DNA of 64,000 nt from NCBI GenBank assembly GCA_049517415.1, contig JBEKSC010000007.1, positions 29,887 through 93,886 of the forward strand. Reading direction: 5' to 3'. Shown piece by piece: positions 20,311-30,325 of the stretch. Under the pieces are notes generated by a model. That model ran no database searches and was not told the origin of the DNA. It worked only from the letters and a program-made list of their open reading frames with translations. The position numbers and the translations under genes are program-made. This DNA is from Candidatus Bathyarchaeia archaeon. Its GTDB lineage: Archaea > Thermoproteota > Bathyarchaeia > 40CM-2-53-6. Within the stretch, counting starts at the first letter, position 1, and every line of letters begins with the position of its first letter.

Positions 20311-20580
20311 GTCTCACTGCCTCCTTCCATTTTCTAGGCTGCGGGAGATCATGTACTGCATGTCTGGGCTAGGGGAAATATTCAGTGCGAGCGCGGCAAG
20401 TAAGAATATTGTGAGGGAAGCGGTGCCATGCATCAAAGCAACCTCAATCTTTTCGATGTGATTTCCTATTTTTCGACGAGTATGTTCAAATCCAATGGAC
20501 CAGCCAGCGATTTATGCTGGCACCCGTGTCGAACATTTAATGCCTCAGAATCAAACCGCCCTTATTTGCGTGTGTGGACT

Positions 20581-20910
20581 GTGGATACTAACGGGCTTGC
20601 GACCCTATTCATGACTCAGATTGGGTTTGGCGGAACCTTGGGGTTCCTTTTAGGCTATGGTCTGAAGAAGGTCGCCACGATCATTCTCAAAATCCTTGCA
20701 TTAGTTTCAGGCCTCTTTATGCTCGCCCTGACCTGGCTGGCCTCCATTGGGGTCATATCGGTCAACTTCAACGCGTTCTCCAGCGCCGTGGGGAATGGTT
20801 TCGCTGGCGTTATAGCCGGCCTTGTCGGCTCCCTTGCATTCGTAGGCCAAATCTTGCCCATTGGGGGAAGCTTCAGCTTAGGCTTCTACTTAGGGGCAAA
20901 GAAAGGCTAA
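20581..20910 (+). CDS. FUN14 family membrane protein
   Basis: QIGFGGTLGFLLGYGLKK; G.ISVN; GFYLG.K. Confidence 0.85.
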   Translation: MDTNGLATLFMTQIGFGGTLGFLLGYGLKKVATIILKILALVSGLFMLALTWLASIGVISVNFNAFSSAVGNGFAGVIAGLVGSLAFVGQILPIGGSFSLGFYLGAKKG

Positions 20911-21020
20911 CGCGATTCGACGGCTTGATCCAGTCAGACCCACCCATGCCCTCAGCCGACCTTCGGCAAAGCGAACACACTTCACCTACGCTAATTTACA
21001 ATTGAGGTGGCGTCTCATCG

Positions 21021-21485
21021 TTGAATAAAGTCGTAATCGCGGTCGCGGTAACCATCTTCATCCTAGCCGTCTCTGCTGGATATTTTGTTTTCCAACAGTG
21101 GGCTTCCAATCGAATAAGCATTGACGGGGTCGTCCTCAATATTGATTTAGCGACAACTCCGGCTGAGCAGCAGCAGGGCCTGTCGGGACGAGATTCGATG
21201 GCTCCAGATCACGGGATGCTCTTCGTATTTCAAAGCGAGGATTATTGGAGCTTCTGGATGATTGAGATGAAGTTTCCGTTGGACATGATCTGGTTCGATT
21301 CCAGTAGGCAGGCCGTTTTCTTCGAGCAGAACTTGCAGCCATGCAGCCCAACTTTCTGCCAAGTCTTCACACCACCAGTTAAGGCAATGTACGTCCTAGA
21401 GGTCAACGCTGGCTTCATTGCAGCCCACCACATATCTCTCGGCGACAAGTTCTACTTCCTCACGTTCGCCTTCCCGATGGCGTAG
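21021..21485 (+). CDS. DUF192 family exported protein
   Basis: GLSGR..GMLFVF..FWM..MKFPLDMIW..YVLEVNAG. Confidence 0.9.
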   Translation: MNKVVIAVAVTIFILAVSAGYFVFQQWASNRISIDGVVLNIDLATTPAEQQQGLSGRDSMAPDHGMLFVFQSEDYWSFWMIEMKFPLDMIWFDSSRQAVFFEQNLQPCSPTFCQVFTPPVKAMYVLEVNAGFIAAHHISLGDKFYFLTFAFPMA

Positions 21486-21688
21486 ACTCTCGTACGTAGG
21501 TCGGTTCAATCAACCACCGCGTATGACCATCCGTTCACGCGAAGATTTTCTTCACCAATTCAAACTAGGGACATCATATCCCCTTAGCTTCGTTGGCACA
21601 GCACGAGAACCCCCGTCTCCGTAAATCTTGACACTCAATCACTCCTTAGGACGTGAAAACCAGAAGCGATCGCAACGAGAATAATGCT

Positions 21689-22582
21689 TCAAACGTATCG
21701 GCCTGGTGGCTTTAGGGTCATGTAGAGGCCGGCCAAAATCAAAGCAGCGCCAATTCCAATATTCGGCTCGGGAACTTCTTGCAGCACGACCCAACCGAGT
21801 AGCAATGCAACTATGGGGTTTAGAAAAGTGACCATGGAAACGTGGGTGGCACTAGCTCTTTTCAGAAGCCAGTATAATCCGATGAATCCGAATGCGGAAC
21901 CCACCACGCCCAAGTAGAGGACGGCCAAGAATGCGGAGAACGTGAAGTTGAGCGAAGCCTTAGATTCGGTAACTAAGCCAAAGGACAGGAGAGCAGCGGC
22001 GCCAATGGAATTTTGAACCAGAACGTTGGCAACGGGATCAACTCCTCCCGCGTGCTTCTTGGCTACGACATAGGCCAGCCCGCCGGAAGCAGCGCTTCCA
22101 ACGATCGCCAGGCTTCCAAGAACAGAGTATTGAGTTGCAAGGTTCTGGAGTGCCGTAAGATCCTTCCAGAAAATTGCTATCAAGCCACAAAAGGACAGTA
22201 TTATGCCACCGACTCTGATTCCAGTAAGTTTCTCCTCCGTCAAGATATGTGCGAGGATTGCAACAAAGAAGGGCAAGGTAGCGAATAAAACGGCTGACAA
22301 ACCCGATGAAACATATTCTTCGCCCCAAAAGACTAGGCCATAGGGCAAGGTAATCTGGAAGATACCTAGAAACAGCATCAAAATCCAAGAGGCACGATCT
22401 CTAGGAATACGAGCATGAAGTATCTTCGCCAAGAGAATGAGTGCGGTGGTTGAGATTACAAAGCGAAGTCCCGCAAAGAGGAATGGTGGCAGAAATTCTA
22501 AACCAATCTTTATTCCAACCCACGTGCTACCCCAAATTATACAAAGTGCGCCGAAGATTAGGCCTGGGGCTTTCGACTGCAA
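21689..22582 (-). CDS. EamA/DMT family transporter
   Basis: IWGSTW..PP..FAGLRF; 10 TM. Confidence 0.92.
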   Translation of the reverse strand: MQSKAPGLIFGALCIIWGSTWVGIKIGLEFLPPFLFAGLRFVISTTALILLAKILHARIPRDRASWILMLFLGIFQITLPYGLVFWGEEYVSSGLSAVLFATLPFFVAILAHILTEEKLTGIRVGGIILSFCGLIAIFWKDLTALQNLATQYSVLGSLAIVGSAASGGLAYVVAKKHAGGVDPVANVLVQNSIGAAALLSFGLVTESKASLNFTFSAFLAVLYLGVVGSAFGFIGLYWLLKRASATHVSMVTFLNPIVALLLGWVVLQEVPEPNIGIGAALILAGLYMTLKPPGRYV

Positions 22583-22642
22583 ATGCCTCGCGTCCTACGT
22601 GGGACTGATTGGGGAGACTCTATTCTGGATTACGATGAGTTT

Positions 22643-23842
22643 CTAGCCGAACCAGGCTCTCATTCGGTCTTCCAAGAAATTTTGCTTCTGGCGATACCCA
22701 TCCTCACTTGGGGGCTCGAATTCCCATTTCGGATTAGGCTGGGCATAGAAATGCGCGCGAACGGGTGCAGCTCTTCCATCTCCGACTTCCATAAAGCAAA
22801 CTCCTTGGCCATCAAAGGCGGCTGATTTTTCAGCGCCTTGGATTTCGTTAATGATGTTCTGCGCCACAACCTTTCCTTGCTCTTCTGCTAAGACGCCCGC
22901 CCTAGGAAGCATGGCCCCTTTGGGCGTCTTGGCGGCCGCGCAGTCACCGACCGCATAAACATTCGAAATCTCCATCGCTAACGTGGCTGAATCTACGGAA
23001 ATCCATCCGGACTCGTCCAATAGTCTAGAATCCTTCAGCACTGAGGGGGCTACATGTATGGGGATCGCGAAAATCGCATCGTGTAGGATCTCATTTCCTT
23101 CTTCGGTTAGGATACTCTTTTGTCGAATTTCTTTCACCTTTTGCGAGGGATAGTAGGCGATTTCTCGACTTGCGAGGAGCGTGGTTACCCTCTTTCCGGC
23201 TTCAGTACCGAGAATACCGAGTGGGTGAGCCTCAGGTGTTACAATTTGCATTTTCACTTTGTCCCTGATCCCATTTTTTCTTAGGACATCGTCTATGATC
23301 ATTGATGCCTCGTAAGGTGCTGGGGGACACTTGAATGGCAACCCGCAAACAAGCACAGTCAACGTCCCTCCTCTCAGTGAACGGAGCAGATCCCTAATCT
23401 CCGCGCAACCGCTCTCGGTATACATGTTCTTAGCATACCTAGCGAAGCCTTTTGGCCAGCCGAGCGAATAGTCGGCCCCCAATGCAATGATCAGGTAGTC
23501 ATAGGCGAAGCGCTCGGGTCCTACTCGAACCTCAAGGTTTTGAACGTCAATTGCGCTCACTTCACCCTCGACGAAATTGATCCTACGCTTCGCCAACAGA
23601 GTCCTATTACCGGGATTCTGGCCCACTTGCCTACTGCCGCTCAGTATCCAGAGTTTTGTAAGGCCCATGAAAAAGAGCGGTTGCTTGTCAACCAAGGTTA
23701 CTGTGTGCTCGGAGCTGAGGCCTTTTCGAAGTTTGTCAGCCGCCGCTAGGCCGCCAAAACCGCCGCCGAGGACTAGGATACGTTTGCCTATGCGAATTCC
23801 ACGCCGAATGGAACAAGTAAAGCCTTTAGAAATCTTACTCAA
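22643..23842 (-). CDS. FAD-dependent oxidoreductase, sulfide:quinone oxidoreductase/FCSD-like (start uncertain)
   Basis: LVLGGGFGG, KCPPAPYE, NVYAVGDC, C-terminal CFMEVG. Confidence 0.85.
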   Translation of the reverse strand: MSKISKGFTCSIRRGIRIGKRILVLGGGFGGLAAADKLRKGLSSEHTVTLVDKQPLFFMGLTKLWILSGSRQVGQNPGNRTLLAKRRINFVEGEVSAIDVQNLEVRVGPERFAYDYLIIALGADYSLGWPKGFARYAKNMYTESGCAEIRDLLRSLRGGTLTVLVCGLPFKCPPAPYEASMIIDDVLRKNGIRDKVKMQIVTPEAHPLGILGTEAGKRVTTLLASREIAYYPSQKVKEIRQKSILTEEGNEILHDAIFAIPIHVAPSVLKDSRLLDESGWISVDSATLAMEISNVYAVGDCAAAKTPKGAMLPRAGVLAEEQGKVVAQNIINEIQGAEKSAAFDGQGVCFMEVGDGRAAPVRAHFYAQPNPKWEFEPPSEDGYRQKQNFLEDRMRAWFG

Positions 23843-23874
23843 ACCGAAGAGAGAAGTTTCGGTTGCCAGGGGCT

Positions 23875-24069
23875 CTATCTAATATCGACAACTACGACTG
23901 AAACCCGTTTCCCGCATCCCCGTTTCCCGATTTTCTGGCAGAAGATGAAGTTCTCTAGGATTTGCCCAACATTTGTTATCACCGACGTGTCGAAGGCATC
24001 ATATTTGCTATCGAATTTGGCTTTGCACTCCATACACCTTAGTTTTACGTGCGTTGTCTGTTGACTCAT
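23875..24069 (-). CDS. Small Cys-rich putative zinc-binding protein
   Basis: 64 aa with CMEC and C..GCG. Confidence 0.55.
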   Translation of the reverse strand: MSQQTTHVKLRCMECKAKFDSKYDAFDTSVITNVGQILENFIFCQKIGKRGCGKRVSVVVVDIR

Positions 24070-24165
24070 AATCTATACTTCACAATTGATGACGCGAATT
24101 CGTTCTTCTCCAATTGAAACCTTTCGGTCAATTCTCCCCCTAAATCGCCGGCGAGGTTTGGCAAC

Positions 24166-25290
24166 CTAGGAGGACACCTTGGAAAGTGTTGAAAGCACGT
24201 CTCCGACGCGTTCCAAGCCTGAAAGCAAACGCTCCTGCTCACAGCCGTAGCCTATTCGCAGATAATGGTCCATCCCGAACTGGTCGCCCGGCACTACCAA
24301 AGTGCTCTTCTCCCGCAAAAGTCGCTCCGCGAGCCGGGTCGAGCTGATTTTAAGAAAATACTTAATGTATGCGATAGCTCCGGCCTTGGGCGCAATGAAC
24401 GATAAGTAATCGTGATGTTTGTCAACCCAACTCGTCAGAATTGGCAGATTCGAACGGAGTATCTCTCGCGTCCGTCCTAGGATCTTTGCTCGCATATCAG
24501 GTCGCAAGGCCTTCCTTGCGATGAAATCGCTTAAAGCGCTCGGACCGATGGTTGTATAGTCATGGTAAGACCAGAGTTTCGTCGCCAATTCTTTACCCGA
24601 CAATGCCCAGCCAATCCTGAGTCCTGGTAGGCCGTAGGCCTTCGACAATCCGTTAGTTACTATGACCTTATCGTACTTGCCCCAAAACGTTGGAGTCTCC
24701 AAGCCCGATAGTTCAGCGCCATGGTACACCTCATCGGAGAGGATCCACGCACCCGCCCGCTTCGCGACCTCGCAAATACCTTCGACAGCCTCCTCATCGA
24801 GAACAGCGCCAGTCGGGTTGTTTGGGTTGCAGATGGCGACCAGCTTTGTCCTCTTCCTCACGATTTTTCTTAGAGCTCTTAGATCGACTGACCATTGACC
24901 TGCGTCTTCCTTGAGCCAAAACGGCTTGACCTTGGCTTGCATTGTTTTGGCCAAGCCCCAGACTTGCATGTAGTTCGGAAGCATCGCAACAACCTCAGAG
25001 CCTCGCTTCAGGAAGGACCAGAGGGTGACGAAGATCGCCTCAGAGCTACCATTCGTCACCAACAAGTCATCAGGAGACGCTTTCGAGTATGTTGCCGCGA
25101 TTGTCTTTCTCAGTTCCTCCGTTCCATTCGTTTGACTGTACCCCAAAGGTTGTTTGAGCATATCGGACGTGTCGCCGTCCAGCACTTCGACAAGTTTCAG
25201 CGGATGGACGCCGCTTTCCGAGAGATTGTATTCGACTTGATTCTCCCACGTAGATTGCCAACGCTCCATTTCAAAGGGCTGAAGCTTCAT
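24166..25290 (-). CDS. Class I/II PLP-dependent aminotransferase
   Basis: NPNNPTG, DEVY, SKAYGLPGLRIGW. Confidence 0.93.
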   Translation of the reverse strand: MKLQPFEMERWQSTWENQVEYNLSESGVHPLKLVEVLDGDTSDMLKQPLGYSQTNGTEELRKTIAATYSKASPDDLLVTNGSSEAIFVTLWSFLKRGSEVVAMLPNYMQVWGLAKTMQAKVKPFWLKEDAGQWSVDLRALRKIVRKRTKLVAICNPNNPTGAVLDEEAVEGICEVAKRAGAWILSDEVYHGAELSGLETPTFWGKYDKVIVTNGLSKAYGLPGLRIGWALSGKELATKLWSYHDYTTIGPSALSDFIARKALRPDMRAKILGRTREILRSNLPILTSWVDKHHDYLSFIAPKAGAIAYIKYFLKISSTRLAERLLREKSTLVVPGDQFGMDHYLRIGYGCEQERLLSGLERVGDVLSTLSKVSS

Positions 25291-25356
25291 AACACTCAAC
25301 GGAACTAGATGACCCACAGTGTGTGATAACAACTTTTCCAGATGGGTCGGACGTAG

Positions 25357-26019
25357 ATGAAAGGGGACTCACCGATATTAGCGTCGCTTGAACACGCCGT
25401 CTTCTATCCTCCAACGAAGGCCGCGAAGTATGCGACCGTTGTGGCACTGCATGGCCGAGGAACTGACGAGAAGGATTTGATACCTCTCGTGCATTCGCTA
25501 GGTTTGAGTGACACACTTTTGATCTCCCCACGTGCACCCGCGCCCTTCGAATTTGGCGGAGGCTTCACTTGGTACGACCTGAGCCAGGAAGGAGTGCCGA
25601 ACGCGCAGAGCTTTGGTGCGAGCCTTGGCCTTCTGCGTCGGTTCATGGACGAGATTAGGGCAGGTTACCCTGTGGATCCTGAGCGTGTCATCTTGCTAGG
25701 TTTCAGTCAGGGGACTGTGATGGCGTATTCGGTAGCCTTGTTGAACCCAGCCGCGTTTTTCGGAGTCGCAGCCTTAAGCGGCTACATTCCACAAAGGTCT
25801 GGCTTACCTCTCGTCTCAGAGAATCTTAGAGGGTTTTCCATTTTTGTCTCCCATGGGACTTACGATCAAATCATACCAGTTCGTTTAGCGCGCGAATCCG
25901 CAGAGCTGCTGAAAAAAGCCGGAGCATGCGTGGAGTATCAAGAATATCCTATGGGGCATGAGGTTAGCAGAGAAACAGTTCGAGACCTATCCGCTTGGGT
26001 CAAAAATCTGCTGAAGTGA
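25357..26019 (+). CDS. Phospholipase/carboxylesterase (alpha/beta hydrolase)
   Basis: LHGRG, GFSQG, HG..D, MGH. Confidence 0.92.
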   Translation: MKGDSPILASLEHAVFYPPTKAAKYATVVALHGRGTDEKDLIPLVHSLGLSDTLLISPRAPAPFEFGGGFTWYDLSQEGVPNAQSFGASLGLLRRFMDEIRAGYPVDPERVILLGFSQGTVMAYSVALLNPAAFFGVAALSGYIPQRSGLPLVSENLRGFSIFVSHGTYDQIIPVRLARESAELLKKAGACVEYQEYPMGHEVSRETVRDLSAWVKNLLK

Positions 26020-26084
26020 CCCAGGTCCCTAAGCTTTGTGGCATAAAGGACGAAGTTTTATTCAACTTGAGAAGCCAGTAACTA

Positions 26085-26714
26085 GTGAGAGGATCAGTGT
26101 TGGGTAGTAGGTCGCCGCGACCTAGGGAGGTAGCGCTTACCGCCGTTATGACCGCTGCAACGGCTGCTGTAACCATGGTTCTGAGCATCCCATTTCCACC
26201 CACCCGAGGCTACTTCAACTTGGGTGATGCAATGGTCATGCTCGCTGGCTTGCTATTTGGAGCAAGGCTCGGGGGCTTTGCAGGTGGCGTTGGCTCAGCA
26301 ATTTCTGACATTCTCTTAGGCTATGCGTACTTCTCACCGTTGACACTTTTAATCAAAGGAACGGAAGGGTTCCTCACAGGCCTGATAGGGAACAATCGAA
26401 GATTCCCACTCAAAGTGGCAGGGGTCGCGGCGGGAGCTGTAGCGATGCTGGTTGGCTATTTTTCTGTTGAAACCCCACTGTACGGGATTGGCGCGGCTTT
26501 CGCGGAACTTGCCACGATAAATTCTATTCAAGTCTTGTCTGGGGCCGTTATTTCACTGCTGTTATGCCAGGCGATTCTGAAAGCGTATCCCGACATCAAG
26601 TTCCTCCAACCGAGACATGAAGGCCTCCGATTCGGTGTCATCATGGTCGTTGTTGCTTCAATAGTTCTAGCCGCGATTGTTGGCCTCTATCTAATGACGG
26701 GCATTTCGCCCTGA
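26085..26714 (+). CDS. ECF transporter S component
   Basis: GYFNLGD..G..GGVGSAISD..LIKG.EG. Confidence 0.88.
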   Translation: MRGSVLGSRSPRPREVALTAVMTAATAAVTMVLSIPFPPTRGYFNLGDAMVMLAGLLFGARLGGFAGGVGSAISDILLGYAYFSPLTLLIKGTEGFLTGLIGNNRRFPLKVAGVAAGAVAMLVGYFSVETPLYGIGAAFAELATINSIQVLSGAVISLLLCQAILKAYPDIKFLQPRHEGLRFGVIMVVVASIVLAAIVGLYLMTGISP

Positions 26715-26736
26715 AACAAAGGCTGATAATCCGAAG

Positions 26737-27006
26737 TCAGGAGAGTCGAATCCATTTCGACTTTCTGTCTTCATCTGTCCTAACCACTTTAGGTCGTTTC
26801 CCTAAATAGAAGCCGACCAAGAGAGTGGCGGGAATGTCGATGAATGAAGGGTATACTAAATTGTGACTTGCCAGCCTCCACGCTAGGTCTATTAGTATTC
26901 CCAGAATTGCGAGAATTTGGGTAATACGAATCTTAGGGAAGACCGAAGAAAAAGCTTCAACGAACTCGTAAGCCAATGTGAATCTTCTCCTCTTAGAACT
27001 AACCAA
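26737..27006 (-). CDS. Small hypothetical membrane protein
   Basis: 89-aa ORF with two hydrophobic segments, co-oriented with the upstream gene. Confidence 0.45.
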   Translation of the reverse strand: MVSSKRRRFTLAYEFVEAFSSVFPKIRITQILAILGILIDLAWRLASHNLVYPSFIDIPATLLVGFYLGKRPKVVRTDEDRKSKWIRLS

Positions 27007-27022
27007 GTGATTGCTAAAGAAT

Positions 27023-27673
27023 TCATGGCTGTCTTTCTAAGCTTACTGGACTCTTGCCAAAGTAATTGTACAACCAAATGGGCAGAACAGTAAGATCCAA
27101 CATGAGCATTAAGACCTCCATGACGACGCCCGCTTCAGCCTGCTCAGGTGCGGGGTACATGGAGTATATGTGGATAGGAGTGAGGAGAAGGATAGCGCCG
27201 TAGAGGCCCATCGCCTTTCCGAGGACTATTGGCGCAAGTTGCCGCGCTCTTTTCGTCAACCCCCTTGACCCCCCAAATACCAGACCGCCTACGACGAATA
27301 ATGTGACATGCATTTCAAAGTGAACCATTACGCTCAGCACCGCTGCGTCGAAATTGGCTGGAAGATACCAGTAGGCTGTCAAGAGAGAAGCCGTAACGAA
27401 GGCGGCAATGCCCCATTTGTTGAATACGGAATTCGCCGTCAGAAGATGGCGGTAGATTTCGGCGACTTTCCTATGAAATGCGGACGCTACAAAGACCAGC
27501 GAATCGACACCGTACGAAATAAGAAAACCTGTAGCGATGTAAAGAAAACCATGAGCCATATTCAAGGTCAAAGTTGACTCCAAATATGCGCCAAGTGGCG
27601 TAATCATAGAAAGAATAATCACGGACGCCGTGCCGATCGCAAGAACGCCTCTAAGAAGCCACGGCATCAACAC
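27023..27673 (-). CDS. DUF1404/CtaG-like cytochrome oxidase assembly membrane protein
   Basis: M.H, WY.P..FD.A, H..MH, Y..Y...EQ..AG..M; divergent from the cox cluster. Confidence 0.7.
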   Translation of the reverse strand: MLMPWLLRGVLAIGTASVIILSMITPLGAYLESTLTLNMAHGFLYIATGFLISYGVDSLVFVASAFHRKVAEIYRHLLTANSVFNKWGIAAFVTASLLTAYWYLPANFDAAVLSVMVHFEMHVTLFVVGGLVFGGSRGLTKRARQLAPIVLGKAMGLYGAILLLTPIHIYSMYPAPEQAEAGVVMEVLMLMLDLTVLPIWLYNYFGKSPVSLERQP

Positions 27674-28118
27674 GGCGCGAAGGTACCAACCCTTAGCTTC
27701 GTTCGAGGTTAACCCTAACGGGACTATGCGCTCAATTTCTTCTGTTCTTCGTCTAGTCTCTTTGACCGTTGCCGTAGGATTCCGCCCTCGAAACCTAACT
27801 AAGCGCCGGAATCTTAACGCTGTCTTTAGATCTCTTCCGGCGCTCGTCGATTCTAAGCAGGAGTTTCATCAGCAAAACGTGTAACATGGTTCTGTTAATT
27901 CTTAGGGACTCTATGCCTCCTGTTAAGTGTCGGGACTTAGCTTGCAGCTTGGATAATCGTCAACCATTGGTGTCAAGTCCTTGTTTGGTCGCCTAGGCTG
28001 TCACCGTTTGGTGGCTTGGTGGCTAATAATCGGTGGTGTTACCTCTGCGGTTGAAAGGCTCTAACGGGAGACTTTTTCCAGCTGTTTTGCCCGTTGTTAC
28101 CTTTCGGTTGAGAGAGCA

Positions 28119-28823
28119 TTAGTATTGGTTTTTCAAGTCGACCTTTATTGCGTTTTGGATAGACTCGATAAGTCGAACTGCTTCTCTCTCTAGACTAGCC
28201 AATTTCTTTTGGTCTTCGTCTTTAGAGGCATGTTCAAGCATGTTAGCGAAGAATTCACCCAGCGTTACCTCTTCCATTGGAAACTCTTTCTTTAGAGTCG
28301 GAAAAACTGCCTCTATACGGTTCTTCAATCGGGGAACTATCTTGCCCTCAAAAATGCACAAGGCAAGGTCATTAGCAAAATTCTTGGCGCCCTCATTGTT
28401 GAAAGCAAAAGGAGTTGAAAACGATTGGTTTAGTTTATTGAGGATTGCTTCCACGTATTTTGGATAAAGTTCTGTCTTTATCGAACTGAGAAGTCGCAAC
28501 CTCTGATCGTAGAGTTCATGTATTTGCGTTTCGAGGTTTTCAGGAACCAAGTAAAGCAAATGTGCGGAACGGATTTGGGAGTATTCTATAATATCGAAGA
28601 AGCCGTACGCTGATAGGTTCGTTTTCAGATTGCGTAATTCGTCATACAGAGGCGCGTAGACTTTCTCCCGTCTTTCATCCGCTTTTTGGGCCTTCCAAGA
28701 ATATCGAGCCGTATACCACGACGCAAGAAAAGTGAGAAGTGAGGTTACAACAATGAAGACAAAAGTCCCTAAATTGTTGATAAACCAATGCGCTACGTCA
28801 TTCAGAAGTTCTGTTATGTCCAT
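28119..28823 (-). CDS. Hypothetical passenger protein (N-terminal TM, helical)
   Basis: 234-aa ORF, AT-richer than its flanks, inside the transposon. Confidence 0.7.
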   Translation of the reverse strand: MDITELLNDVAHWFINNLGTFVFIVVTSLLTFLASWYTARYSWKAQKADERREKVYAPLYDELRNLKTNLSAYGFFDIIEYSQIRSAHLLYLVPENLETQIHELYDQRLRLLSSIKTELYPKYVEAILNKLNQSFSTPFAFNNEGAKNFANDLALCIFEGKIVPRLKNRIEAVFPTLKKEFPMEEVTLGEFFANMLEHASKDEDQKKLASLEREAVRLIESIQNAIKVDLKNQY

Positions 28824-28841
28824 ACAATTAGATGAGGCTCT

Positions 28842-29996
28842 CTATCTATTTTCGGCTTTTGGAGGTTCTCCGCGTTTTCGGTCTGCCGCGTTTTGAATCA
28901 GTGTTAGCCATTTATCTTCTCCCTCAACTGAAATGCCTACTTTGTCGGCTGGTGTTTGTCCATCCAGTCCCATGTGGGGGCGTATGTAGTTGTGGTAGAT
29001 TTGGTAGCCTTTCAGTAGTGGGCTGTCTGCTTTCTTGACTCCTCGAACAATCTTCTCGCGGTCGCGGATTTCTCCGTTGAAGCGTTCCATCTTGTTGTTA
29101 TTGTGCTGATTCTTGAATGCGATATTCCGAATGTGAACTGTCCTATCACCCGTATCACGAGTCCAATATTCTTTCGTGTACGCTTCTTGGTAGGTGCGCA
29201 ACCCGTCCGTAATGAGTGTCTTAGGTTTCTTCCCTGCTACCACTTTAGCGGCTCGGAATAGTTGGCGTGCATCGTGAGCGTATTTCGTGTCTGCGACCTC
29301 TCGCGCTATCCAGAACCGAGTTTCATCGTCTAGGACAGCAAACAGGTACTTCATGTCGCCTTTGACCTTGAGGTATAGTTCGTCTGCTCGCCAAGTATCG
29401 CTGACTTGCGGGGTGATTTTTGAGAGGTATGAATCCATGAGTTTCACGTATTTTCCAATCCATTTGTAAACAGTGACATGGCTAACTGCTATCCCTTGCA
29501 ACTTCAAGAATTTCTGAACATTCCGTAGTGATTCGCCTGAGAAGTATAGTTGCATGGCTGTTGTTACGGCCTGTGGGTTCGCTTGCAACTTTTCGAAGCC
29601 GTAGTTCTGGGTGAATCTTTTCTCACAGTTCTTGCATAGGAACCGTTGTAGGTCGCCATATCGGTTGTGGCGTAGTCCTCTCTTGATTAGTGCCTTGGAA
29701 CCGCAGTTGGGGCAAACGGTTAGGCTGATATTTGGAATTACTACGTTTTCCTTTACTGTGTTTCTTACGGCGAGTGAAAATTCAACTGCCCATATGTGTT
29801 TGCATTTGACTTGGCGATATGTGAAGTCGGGGCAGAGGCATATCCACTCTGCGCCGAACTTGCTGCTGCGGGTTATCTTATAGAATCCTTTGCCAGATTG
29901 TGAGGCTACTTTGTAGAGGCAGTCATCAAAGCGTAGAACTTGGCTGTCTTTCTCGGCAATCGCTTTACCTCGCAACTGGCGTGTTTGTAAGGCCAT
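28842..29996 (-). CDS. IS6/IS240-type DDE transposase with N-terminal SWIM and Zn-ribbon domains
   Basis: CLCPDF..CKH (SWIM), CPNCGS..CKNC, VSHVTVYKW HTH, WRADELYLKV, ITDG, NNKMERFNG, HNYIRPH. Confidence 0.92.
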   Translation of the reverse strand: MALQTRQLRGKAIAEKDSQVLRFDDCLYKVASQSGKGFYKITRSSKFGAEWICLCPDFTYRQVKCKHIWAVEFSLAVRNTVKENVVIPNISLTVCPNCGSKALIKRGLRHNRYGDLQRFLCKNCEKRFTQNYGFEKLQANPQAVTTAMQLYFSGESLRNVQKFLKLQGIAVSHVTVYKWIGKYVKLMDSYLSKITPQVSDTWRADELYLKVKGDMKYLFAVLDDETRFWIAREVADTKYAHDARQLFRAAKVVAGKKPKTLITDGLRTYQEAYTKEYWTRDTGDRTVHIRNIAFKNQHNNNKMERFNGEIRDREKIVRGVKKADSPLLKGYQIYHNYIRPHMGLDGQTPADKVGISVEGEDKWLTLIQNAADRKRGEPPKAENR

Positions 29997-30112
29997 GTGA
30001 TATCTACCGTTCTATCTATCATCCATATGTGATATAAGTATCTATCGTCCGGCCGCCGTTCCAGCACCGTTCAAACGGTAGATTTATACAGGTCGAAGTT
30101 AACGGTCTAGCC

Positions 30113-30325
30113 ATGAGCTTAGACAGCACCGTCGGAGTAGCCAAGATAGGAACGAAGTCACTCAGGGCAACCGTTCCAGAAGGAATCGTTGCCTACTTGA
30201 ACATACAAGCTGGCGACAAACTCCTATGGACAATGGAAAACAACGAAACCGGAGAAAGAATCGCCATAGTCCGAAAAGCAAAGACCGCGCCATCATTTGA
30301 GAAGCCGTTCAAGAAACACAAGTGA
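30113..30325 (+). CDS. AbrB/MazE/SpoVT-family DNA-binding protein
   Basis: SLRATVPEGIV..L.I..GD.L.W; divergent from the transposase. Confidence 0.85.
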   Translation: MSLDSTVGVAKIGTKSLRATVPEGIVAYLNIQAGDKLLWTMENNETGERIAIVRKAKTAPSFEKPFKKHK

